The notes below the pieces were generated by a model. The model had not been told where the DNA came from, did not search any database, and saw only the letters and a program-made list of their open reading frames with translations. A stretch of 64,000 nucleotides of DNA from Selaginella moellendorffii (Eukaryota > Plantae > Lycopodiophyta): NCBI RefSeq assembly GCF_000143415.4, contig NW_003314312.1, forward strand, positions 1,045,510 to 1,109,509. The letters run 5' to 3'. Position 1 is the first letter of the stretch. Each line of letters opens with the position of its first letter. Below are positions 11,228 through 23,137 of the stretch, piece by piece. A program made the position numbers and the translations under genes.

Positions 11228-13222
11228 TCATTGTCGCGAAGGTGTTTGAGCATATATGTTGGCCATCAGATCGTAAGTTGCCGCACTGTCCGTCGCTTCC
11301 AGTAATGACTTGAAAGCAGCCTTTCCCACCTCGACGTTCTTGAGCTTGCAACAGGCAGCTAGAACGGCCAACCATGCTACCGTGCTTGGTCCTGTCTCCG
11401 CCATAGCTATCGCTTCGTTTAGTTCGTCAGCTCGTCCAAACAAATCAGCCATGCACCCGTAGTGCTCAATCCCTGGAGCTACTCCAAACTTGGAAGCCAT
11501 AGCTGCAAAGAGCTGTCTGCCTCTGTGAACCAAACCAGCATGACTACAAGCGCTGAGAACACCAACGAAAGTTACCACATCTGGTTGCACACCTTCGTCC
11601 TGCATTCTCCCCCAAGAATCAAACACCAATCCAGTGTTTCCCTGGTGAGTGTATCCTGTTATGAGCGTATTCCAGCTGATCAAGCCTCTTTCCCGAAGCA
11701 AATCAAAGAGCTGCTGAGAGGTTGCCATTCTTCCACACTTTGCATAAAAATCCACCAGACTATTGGCTGTCACTGCCTCGTCTTCAAGGCCATGCCTGCA
11801 CACCTCCGCGTGAATTTCTCTTCCGACTTTGATCAAGCCTGCTGCAGCACAAGCCTTCAACGCAGCGACGTAAGTCTGGCAATTTGGTCGACAACCTCGT
11901 CGCGTCATGGAAGAAAACAAATCCAAGGCTTGCTCTTCTTCCTGTGTTTCAGCATAGCCGAGAATGAGAGCAGTCCACAACACCACACCCGGTCTTGGAA
12001 TCCTGTCAAAAAGCCTTTTCGCGTCCGCCAAGCTCCCACACTTTGCATACAAGTCCACCAATGCACTCGCCAGGAAAGTACTTGAATCGTGTCCAAGGTT
12101 TGCAGCTTGAGAGTGCACAGCCATGGCTCTTTCCAGGGCCGCCACCTTGATAGGCTTTCCATCTATTTTCGTGTGAAGTTCCTTGGTTGCTAGAGTAGTG
12201 CATGCCTTGACAGCAGCAACGAGCATCTGCGCATCCATCTTCTCTTGCGTGAGTGAAAGTAACTCCAGAGCCAGATTTTCCTGCCCGTTCTCAACATATC
12301 CCAGCATGAGTGACGTCCAAGACACGACACTCCGCGTCTTCATGCCGTCGAACACCCTTTGAGAATCCCAAATGCTTCCACACCTGGCGTACGAGTCTAC
12401 AAGAGCGTTGGCCAACTGAATGTCTAGCTCGCCAAAACCGTCCAAAGCTCGCGAGTGAACTGTCATGACTCTTTCCAGGCACACCGCTTTCACTGCTTCT
12501 TTCTCGGCCAGTTTGGTGCATGCCTTAAGGACCGCAAGAAACGTCCGCGAGTTTGGCTTGCACCCCTGAGCTTGCATTTCCCGGAACAAATCCAACGCAG
12601 CATCTGCTTCACCGTGCTCGCAGTAACCGAGCATCAAAACAGTCCAGGAGACGACCCGACGATCTTCCAGAGCGGCAAAGATGCTCCGAGCGTCGGCCAA
12701 GCTTCCACACTTCGCGTACATGCCAATCGCTGTGTTTGACAGAAAAGCATTGGAGCTCAATCCAGCGTTTGCTGCCTCGGAAAGCAAAGCCATACCTCGA
12801 TCCAAAGACAAGAGCTTGACGACCTTCCCACCCTCCAGTTGCTGGCCCTGTTCTTTCTCCGCCAGCTTGGAGCACGCTTTGATCGCCGCAACAAAGCTCC
12901 GGCCATCTGGAACACAGCCTTCGTCAATCATCCTCTCAAAAACTCTCAAGCTCGTCTCTTCCAAATCATTCTCTACATACCCCAGCATTAGCGTGTTCCA
13001 TGTCACCGCGTCGCATCTAGCCATGCCGTGGAACACCGCAACCGCGTCCACAAGGCTCCCGCAATTAAAATACACATTCACAAGCGCATTCGCGACGAAG
13101 AGATCTTGCGCCAGGCCTCGGCGAATCGCGAGAGCGTGCGCATTCCTCGCCCGAGCGCCATCCCTGGCGATCGCGCAAGCCTTGAATTCGGCGACAATGG
13201 CGAAAACCTCCCCATCGCGCAT
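11228..13222 (-). CDS. PLS-class pentatricopeptide repeat protein, truncated E region, no DYW
   Basis: Intronless, with repeated NALVxxYAKCGSL / VVSWTxLMLGYxE / TFxAxLKAC motifs and terminal TFVGVLSACSHAGLV..PGIEHYGCMADLFGRA. First ATG at 13222. Confidence 0.95.
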   Translation of the reverse strand: MRDGEVFAIVAEFKACAIARDGARARNAHALAIRRGLAQDLFVANALVNVYFNCGSLVDAVAVFHGMARCDAVTWNTLMLGYVENDLEETSLRVFERMIDEGCVPDGRSFVAAIKACSKLAEKEQGQQLEGGKVVKLLSLDRGMALLSEAANAGLSSNAFLSNTAIGMYAKCGSLADARSIFAALEDRRVVSWTVLMLGYCEHGEADAALDLFREMQAQGCKPNSRTFLAVLKACTKLAEKEAVKAVCLERVMTVHSRALDGFGELDIQLANALVDSYARCGSIWDSQRVFDGMKTRSVVSWTSLMLGYVENGQENLALELLSLTQEKMDAQMLVAAVKACTTLATKELHTKIDGKPIKVAALERAMAVHSQAANLGHDSSTFLASALVDLYAKCGSLADAKRLFDRIPRPGVVLWTALILGYAETQEEEQALDLFSSMTRRGCRPNCQTYVAALKACAAAGLIKVGREIHAEVCRHGLEDEAVTANSLVDFYAKCGRMATSQQLFDLLRERGLISWNTLITGYTHQGNTGLVFDSWGRMQDEGVQPDVVTFVGVLSACSHAGLVHRGRQLFAAMASKFGVAPGIEHYGCMADLFGRADELNEAIAMAETGPSTVAWLAVLAACCKLKNVEVGKAAFKSLLEATDSAATYDLMANIYAQTPSRQ

Positions 13223-13773
13223 CCTCCGCAAGAGCCCTAAAATCTTAGAACCCTAGGCACAACTCATCGAATATTCCCTTTCAAACAAGATTCTGAGAAT
13301 ATTCTCCACCCGCATGCCGGGTGAAAATTTCGCGCCAAGAACGGTTGGGCATGTTAGATTGCTGTACACAAGATTGGACAGTTTTAATCGTGTAACGCCC
13401 AAACATCATAAAAATAATAGCGCAGAAATCTAACAGAAAGTATCGCTTCATGTTCCTTGCGTCCCAAGTCCAAATCGCTGGATTGGGGAGGTATTGTTTA
13501 ATCGATTCGGTGGTTTTTTTTCATGATCATGGGATGGTTTCTTCACGGCTATGGTGGCGATGGCGGATCCCATGGCGGAGAGGCGTCGTGCCATCCATCA
13601 CACACCAAGTCATGGGAATGCACGTTATGCTATAGTGACCCTATGGGACCAATCTCTTGACTATATAAGCCACACCCATTCCACCCCCATTCATTGTCTC
13701 GTTCTTAAAGATTCTCTTAGATTCCTTCGTCTCTCTTCTCTTGATCTTCCCTCCAAGAAGGAGAGAAGAACAA

Positions 13774-14460
13774 ATGGAGATGTCTCTTCCAGCGATTTCT
13801 CTTGCGATCTTCCTGCTGCTCGCGAGCGTGTGTGATGCTTCGTACTACCGCGAGAAGAAGAACAAGTACGTCGATGAGAAGTATCATAACAGGGGATCAT
13901 ACTACTTCAACAAGTACTACGGCTACGCCTACAAATTCAAGCGATCCCCGCCGCCGCCGCCGCCGCCAATGAGGAAGAAACCATCCCCGAAGCCGTCGCC
14001 CTGGCCGAGCACTCCATCCATCCCAGCGCCGCCACAATCGAGCCTGGCGGCCCAGTTCATGATGCCCCAGAACGATGCGCGCGCGCGATTGGGATTGAGG
14101 CCACTCATCTGGGATTCCAAGCTCCAGGCATTCGCGGAGGATTGGGCGAACCAGCGCGCGAGATATGGGAATTGCTACCTCCAGCACTCGAATGGGCCTT
14201 ACGGCGAGAACATCTTTTGGGGCGGCGGCAAGGCCTGGAGCCCGGCCGAGGCCGCCAATGCCTGGATCGAGGAGCGCAATTGGTACAACTATGGATCCAA
14301 CTCGTGCCAATCCGGGCAGCAGTGCGGCCACTACACCCAGATCGTGTGGAGGGATTCCGAGAGGATTGGATGCGCGCGCGTTACTTGCAGCAGTGGTGAT
14401 GTTTTCATGACTTGCAACTACGATCCTCCCGGGAACTACATTGGCGAGAAACCCTACTGA
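13774..14460 (+). CDS. Secreted CAP/PR-1-like protein with Tyr/Lys-rich and SPn extensin-like N-terminal extension
   Basis: Signal peptide (AISLAIFLLLASVCDA), then YYFNKYYGYAYKFKRSPPPPPPP, then the CAP domain HSNGPYGENIFWG..CGHYTQIVW..CNYDPPGNYIGEKPY. Confidence 0.95.
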   Translation: MEMSLPAISLAIFLLLASVCDASYYREKKNKYVDEKYHNRGSYYFNKYYGYAYKFKRSPPPPPPPMRKKPSPKPSPWPSTPSIPAPPQSSLAAQFMMPQNDARARLGLRPLIWDSKLQAFAEDWANQRARYGNCYLQHSNGPYGENIFWGGGKAWSPAEAANAWIEERNWYNYGSNSCQSGQQCGHYTQIVWRDSERIGCARVTCSSGDVFMTCNYDPPGNYIGEKPY

Positions 14461-14631
14461 TTGATTCGATCGATCCGGATCTATCAAATCGAGAAAGAAG
14501 AGTTGACCATTGAATAAGTTTGACCATAGACGCCCGGTCAACTGCTGAGGTGTCGCATTATTTAGTTGATATAAAACGGAATAAAGAATTTTACCATTTC
14601 TTCGTTCTTGTTTTAGGGTTCTTTCTGTCCC

Positions 14632-16559
14632 ATGGTCACCATGGATGGAAGAGCTCCCGATTCTCTCGGCGCAGCCATCGCCACGGCTGTGGAGCGCATC
14701 GGTAAGCTCCAGGAGGCGTTTCTTGCGGTGCGGAGCTTGCGAGGGTCTGCCCTGGCCGTGGAATGGAGCGAGCTCAAGGAGGATTTGAGCGACAAGGAGC
14801 AGAATCTCAGGCAGAGGTACGAGCAGCTAGTTGCCATGGAGCGGGATTTCGAGGCCCGGAGCAGGGAAATCCAAGGCAACATCGCCAAGCGCGACGCCGA
14901 AATCTCCGACAAGGAAGACGCCTTGAATCGAAAGGACCGGGATCTAGCAGTGGTAGAGGCAGTAGAGAACCAGCAGCAGCAGGGCAAAGAGCCAGGAATC
15001 CAGCCAATGGACACCGACATTGTCGTGGATTACTCTCCAGCAAAGATCCCACCGCTCAAGGACTCCTCTTCTTGCGACGCTGGGACTGCATCCCAGGACA
15101 AGGCGGCGGAGGTGAGAGTTCGTCCATATCTTAAGTCGCTGTGTGAGAACATGGATGGAGAAGGGCTCCGGAAGTATGTGATCGATCACAAGAAGGACAT
15201 GGGTGCTCTCCGGATTGAGATGCCGTCGGCTCTGCAGCACGCTAGCGATCCGGCACGGCTGGTGCTGGATGCGATCCAGGGGTACTACCATCCACCGGAG
15301 CTCGATTCTAGTAGCAACGAAGTGGGATCGTCCGCTCCCGCCAACCGGAGAGCTTGCATTCTTTTGCTAGAGGCATTGTCGTCGGTACTTGGTGTCGATC
15401 ATCCAGAGGTGCCACTCGATATAAAGTTTCTGGTGAGGGAAGTGGCCCAGCAGTGGAAGTCCAACATGGACATCCAGGATGGCCCCGAGGGGAACTCTTT
15501 GGATGCTCAAGCGTTCCTTCAGCTCTTGGTAGCTTATGGTCTCAGCTCCGAGTATGATGAGGAAGAGCTGTGCAAACTGGTTCTAGCCGTCGCACGACGA
15601 AAGCAGTCGCCTGCTCTTTGCAAGGCTCTTAATCTGTCGCATAAGATTCCGGGTTGGTCTTCTTTAGCTCCAGCGAGTGTGAGAGAGCGAGGGAGGAGGA
15701 TCCTCTCTATTTCCTTCTTTTCCTTTTTGCCTAGATTTTTCTTCTTTCTGGCTGCCTGTGTGTTTGGGACTCTAGGATTCATTTCTTTGTGCTGCCGTTC
15801 TAATGAAGTGTTTCTTGTTTGGTTTTCTTTGCAGAGATCGTGGATCATCTTGCTGCTGATGGAAAGCAAATCGAGGCTCTTGCGTTTGCACACGCATTTG
15901 ACATGATGGACCGTCTAGAGCCGGTATCTCTACTCAAGACTTACTTGAAAGACGCACGAAGGAACGTTCACAACAAGCCTGGCAATGGTCCCAAGGGTCA
16001 GGTAAGCACTGCTTTTTACTAGGTAATCACTCAGACATTCCCTTGCTCGTTGCCACAGGTCGATGCCGTGACTAAAGAGCTAACCGCTGTCAAGAACGTG
16101 ATAAAATGCATAGAGGACTACCGGCTAGAAGACGACTACCCGTCGTCCCCGCTACACAAGCGAGTAGTTCTTTTAGAGAGGACCAAGTCGGAGAGGAAGA
16201 GAACAGGTGGCTCGGTTAAAGGTCAGGCAAAGCGTCCGAGAAACGGAGGCTACGACAGAAACTACTTTAACAGGCCAGCGGACAAATTCCAAGTTTTCAG
16301 CGAGGTCCCTTACAGCCTCGCGCCGGCGCCAGCTTACGATGCTCGGCTTCCCGCAACATACTCGACTTACGCTCCAGGGGGTGTAGCAAATGGCAGGAGT
16401 AGAACACCGGCAGGGGGGAGCTATGTCTACGCGGTCGATGGCTCTATCTACAGCTCCAACATTTATGGAACACAATCTCCAGCGCCTTACACCAGTTACC
16501 AGATTGCTCCCGGGCTTCCGCCGCCACCACCGACTTACCAGACAACTTTCATGCACTAG
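14632..16559 (+). CDS. FRIGIDA-like protein (3 exons predicted)
   Basis: N-terminal coiled coil, Frigida domain LCENMDGEGLRKYV..DPARLVLDAIQGYY..RRACILLLE..DAQAFLQLLVAYGL, then KELTAVKNVIKCIEDYRLE and a Tyr/Pro-rich tail. Confidence 0.93.
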
Positions 16560-16735
16560 CTGGGTGGAAGAGGAATGGGAGCTCTCGAGAATAAGCAGGG
16601 GTGGATGTACATCAAGAGGAAATAACAAGCAGCTCATTTTCTTCTTTCTTTCTTTCTTTCTTTTTCCCCCCGTTTTTTTCCGAAGGTTGGTGTTTGCTAT
16701 TTGGAACTTCTTAGGTTTTTACTCTTCCAGGAAGA

Positions 16736-18466
16736 ATGAAGACATTGGCACTGCCTTGTGGTGCCATGGTGCCACTTTGTCTCGTCCAGGTAACTGGGTT
16801 CTCGTTACTTTGCTTTGCTAACTCGTTAACTTCGCAGAGAGTGAGCGCTTCAGCTGTGGTTTATCCGGTTGGGAGCTTGCACAAGACAGTGCCAAGACGT
16901 TCTGTGAGTGAGTTTATATTCTTTTCTTTGTCTAATTGTGTTGCAAACAGGCGTGCTGCAAAGTTGTATCCACAAAAGCAGCAGCATTTGACGATGTTTT
17001 CGGTTTTTCTGCGAAAGAAGAAGAATCTGGGATAGAAAATGCGGGTGGTGCCAATGCAGCTCGTGCGAAGAGGAGTAACTGGTAATCCTTGTCTGCCTTC
17101 TCACTTACAATCGTAGTTTTATTTATTTGTTTTCCAGGAGGCAAGGAGGTCTTGTTATCACTTTGATTCTTTCCTCGGTTGTGTTCATAGCATTTATTTT
17201 CGTCGATTCTTTGCTATGGAGAGCTGTCCGACGTCCCAGTGCTACGTTTCTTCTCACAGCTCCATTTGTTTGCTCGCTAGTCGCAACTGGCTGCCTCGGA
17301 TCATACTGCGTGCCGCTGCTTGCAAAGCTCAAGGCCCAGCAGATATTTCGAGTAGAGGGCCCGGCTTCGCATCTTTCAAAGGCTGGAACACCAACAATGG
17401 GTGGCCTGTTCTTTATTCCGGTGGGAGTCGGAGTTGCGAGAGCTGTAACCAGATTTTCGTCCACAGAAGTAGCCGGAGTAGCAGCAGCGACCCTGGTTTT
17501 TGCAGCTATTGGCCTCCTAGACGATTTTCTGTCGCTGGCGAAGAAGCATAACTATGGAGTTCCAGGACCGATCAAGTTTCTTCTCGAGGTTTGCTGATTT
17601 TGTTCTCAAGTTTTTTCTTTCAACAAACAAGCTCCTTGTAGGTGGTCAGTGGCGTGTGTTTTTTCTTCTGGCTGGATTCAGCGGGCTTGCCTTCTCCATA
17701 CAAAGTGTATGTTCATGTCAGCTCAAACTTTGGCCGATATCTTCTCCTTTTTTTTTCGGTTACAGGAAGAATCTGGTGCCTTTGCCACCTCCAGTAGGCT
17801 TGTGGAATATTGGCAAGTGGTATCTTCCACTCACTGCCTTTTGCTTCGCAGCAATGGCCAACGGTGTCAACCTCACAGACGGTCTGGATGGTCTTGCTGG
17901 CGGAACTGCTGCTCTGGCTTTTGCGGGAATGGCCGTGGCTGTTCTTCCCATATATCCTGGTAAGCTTAAGCAGCATTGAAAGCTTGCCATGGCCAGTCTC
18001 TCTTCCCTTGCAGCTCTGGGAGTTTTCGGAGCATCCATGGCCGGTGCTTGCGTGGGATTCTTACTACATAACCGGCACAAAGCGTCCGTGTTTATGGGAG
18101 ACACCGGCTCCCTCGCTCTTGGGGCGGCTCTTGCAGCGATGGCCTCATGCACGGGCTTGTTTCTTCCTCTCTTCATCGCGTCGGGCGTGTTTGTCATCGA
18201 AACAGTCTCAGTCATGGCTCAGGTAACCAGCACCATCTTTCGTTCTTTCTTCTTCCACTATCAGCTCTCTTTTCCTATCACAGGTTGCTTACTTCAGGTA
18301 TACGAAGAGAGTTCACGGAACTGGACGCCGTTTGCTGCGAATGGCACCCTTCCATCACCATTTGGAGCACCTGGGGATGAAAGAGTTACACATCGTCGCT
18401 GGAGCATACCTCGTTTCAGCTCTTCTAGTCACATTCGCTGCTCACGTCGGCCTTATTTCGGCTTGA
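16736..18466 (+). CDS. MraY: Phospho-N-acetylmuramoyl-pentapeptide transferase (MraY), probably plastid-targeted, spliced
   Basis: [56 protein letters not shown] motifs. It has an N-terminal extension and several GT-AG introns. The start codon is less certain. Confidence 0.93.
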
Positions 18467-18637
18467 AGAGAGGTAAACATCATGCTCGAGGAGAACCATT
18501 ACGCGTTTTTCTCAATACAGATTACATATATCTTCTGGATCTGAAGATGCATTGACGAAGAGGGGACCGGAGACAAAGAATGAAAAAATGCTCCTAGGCA
18601 ACTGTGAGTGAGGTTCTTTCTTTTCCTCTTTTCCTTT

Positions 18638-19246
18638 TCACGCTGTGGTCGAGGCCACTGGGACTTTCTGGTCTTCCCCCGGCTGCATAATGACGAAGTT
18701 CACAGTCGAGGGAGATCCGCCAACAACAGGTGATTGATGGGAGGCGTGATCCGGTTTGTGTCTCTTCGCTCCAGATTGCTCCAGATTGCTGGGGACATGA
18801 GGAGCAGCTTCAAATGCCGGGCTGTGATCCGGTGCTCCTCGTCGCGTCTTGGCCAGGAGCACCGTCTCAGCTCGGAGCTGCTTGCAAACTTCTCGGACTC
18901 TCCTGATCCCTGTGGCACAAAACACAACAGTGAGTCAGACTAGCTGGGGTTGGAAGCAGGGGGGGGATATTTTTTCTCATTTTTTCTGGGACAGGGGGGA
19001 GGGATTTGCCACCCAACCAACCTCGTCTCAGATCCACAGCAGCTGTTGTGTTGTGGTACATTTGGGTCTTCAAAACCTGGAGATGATCAATCACCAAACA
19101 TGAGCAGTTGGAACCCTAAACATGGGAAATCCACACACCTGAATCACAAGAGGCCTCAACTGTTGGACTGCTTGTTCCAGCTCAAAATACCGGTTTGGTT
19201 CGCCTAATAGCTGCTGCTGCTGCTGGTACAAATGTTGCTGCTCCAT
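18638..19246 (-). CDS. Uncharacterised ~150-aa protein (3 exons predicted)
   Basis: GT-AG joins give MEQQHLYQQQQQLLGEPNRYFELEQAVQQLRPLVIQ|VLKTQMYHNTTAAVDLRR|GIRRVREVCKQLRAE..STTA* in frame. Confidence 0.6.
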
Positions 19247-19823
19247 CCCCCACCTCCAATTGCGATCCCACACAAAAACCCACCCAAAACACTGGGAGGA
19301 GAAAAGCCCTACCTAAAAAGCTATTCCTCTTTCCCCTTGGATAAATAAAAGAAATAGCCAAGGAATTTATTTCTCTCCCTCTCTACAGCTTTTATGATAT
19401 AGTAATCACACTTTAATCAAGGGGCATTTGAAACACTTTCAAGATCTATATACCAGCTAGCATACGTTTCATGCTAAACTTACTTGCCACCCTCCTTGAT
19501 CTGGATCATCGCTAACGTTTGTTTGTCACCAAAATATTTGTGCAACGCTTTGATCAACACCTTGTCTACAAACAGCTTCTTCAGATCGAGCCTGGAACCG
19601 GGCTCACGATTTGCCCTTGATCCGACCCAAACCTTCTGTTTTGCTTAAACTCTTGATCGATCTCGTCATGGCATACTTCCGGCTATCTGCATTGTAAGCT
19701 TGATCTAGTCTTTCCCAAAAAATCAGGCTCTGCAACGGTGGCCTCGAGCCAAAACTCTTTACACCATCTTCAAGAGAAGGAATAGCTCTGATCCATTCGA
19801 ACTATTCAACAGTTGGGAAGGTT

Positions 19824-20474
19824 TCATGGAAGCGTCAGCTTTTGGATTTTTTTCGATTTGTGACTGGTTTTCTTCTTGCCGCTCGGACGAGCCCTCGACT
19901 TTACATCACTGTCTTCGATCGGGCATGTATTCACCACGGTCCTTGTCTGATCGTCTTCGTAAACCACTGTTTCTGTGACAAGGAACAACATTATTAGAGA
20001 GGAATGGTTCCTTGTCTAGCACACCTTCCAGATTATCGCCTTCCGCTTGGTCGTCAACTTCCTCGGGATCATGAGAACTCTCGGGATCTTGTTGCAATCC
20101 AAGCGCTTGTTTCCTGAGCAGCCGCCTCTGTGAGGCAAAAACAATAGACTAGAACTTAGACAAGTTGTATTAAACCTTGATGCAAGAGCTCTGCAGAGAA
20201 GAAGGGATTGATCTCTAGAAATGTTTTACCTCTTGCCTCGCCGCGAGTTTTTTCTTCCTCTCCTTTGCTTGCTGCTGCATAGCCCCTGCCTTGCGCCTCT
20301 GATTCTTTCTCTTCCTGAATCCCGTCAGGAACTCCCTACAGCCAACACAAGCCCAGCCTCGCATTCTCGCTGCCGCTCCAAAATCCACACTTACCTGCGC
20401 TTGGTCTCGTCGAATTCCACCACAAGCCCCTTGTCGCGCCGCGCGCGCTTGGCGCCACCCCCCGGCCTCGCCAT
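19824..20474 (-). CDS. Nucleolar protein 12 / Rrp17 (Nop25 domain), spliced
   Basis: LVVEFDETKR|KEFLTGFRKRKNQRRK signature, acidic middle and basic tail. Confidence 0.85.
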
Positions 20475-20489
20475 AGCCGAGCTGCCCTA

Positions 20490-20498
20490 AAACCCTAA
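20490..20498 (+). promoter_or_regulatory. Telo-box (AAACCCTAA) in the NOL12/BGLU divergent spacer
   Basis: Exact motif ~15 bp upstream of the NOL12 ATG. Telo-boxes are typical of plant ribosome-biogenesis genes. Confidence 0.55.
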
Positions 20499-20723
20499 AA
20501 CACACTTTGCCTCGTTAGCCCTAAGTTTCAAACGCATCCATCAAATCCGCCACGTGGGATAAAGTGAGGCAAATGCCAGTCAGTAGTTCTGGCACGAGCT
20601 TTTTGGAAGCGCTAGGGCGGTGGAGGGCGTCTTGTGCGTCGCATTCCTGGTGAGTTCTCAATCCAGGCGATCGAGGTGGTAGATTTTGTGGCGCTGATGG
20701 GAGAATGTGATGTAGATTGAGCA

Positions 20724-22974
<2,251 letters not shown>

Positions 22975-23137
22975 ACTTCCTCTTAAGCTAATCCAATCCT
23001 AGATTTTTCACGTTTAAATGCTTGAAACCCTAGCAATGGCAAGGTATTGAGTGTCTCTCACGCATTCTTCCAGCCACCGCCGCGCAGCGAGCGATCGATC
23101 GATGATAGGGCAATGATCGCGGCGAATTGCGACGAGG

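Noticed and set aside
11462-13256. Long antisense ORFs over PPR, CAP, C3HC and TMT genes
   Set aside because: These are shadow ORFs of GC-rich coding sequence with no recognisable motifs.
16736-18466. MraY as bacterial contamination or recent HGT
   Set aside because: It has spliceosomal introns, an N-terminal extension and plant gene neighbours.
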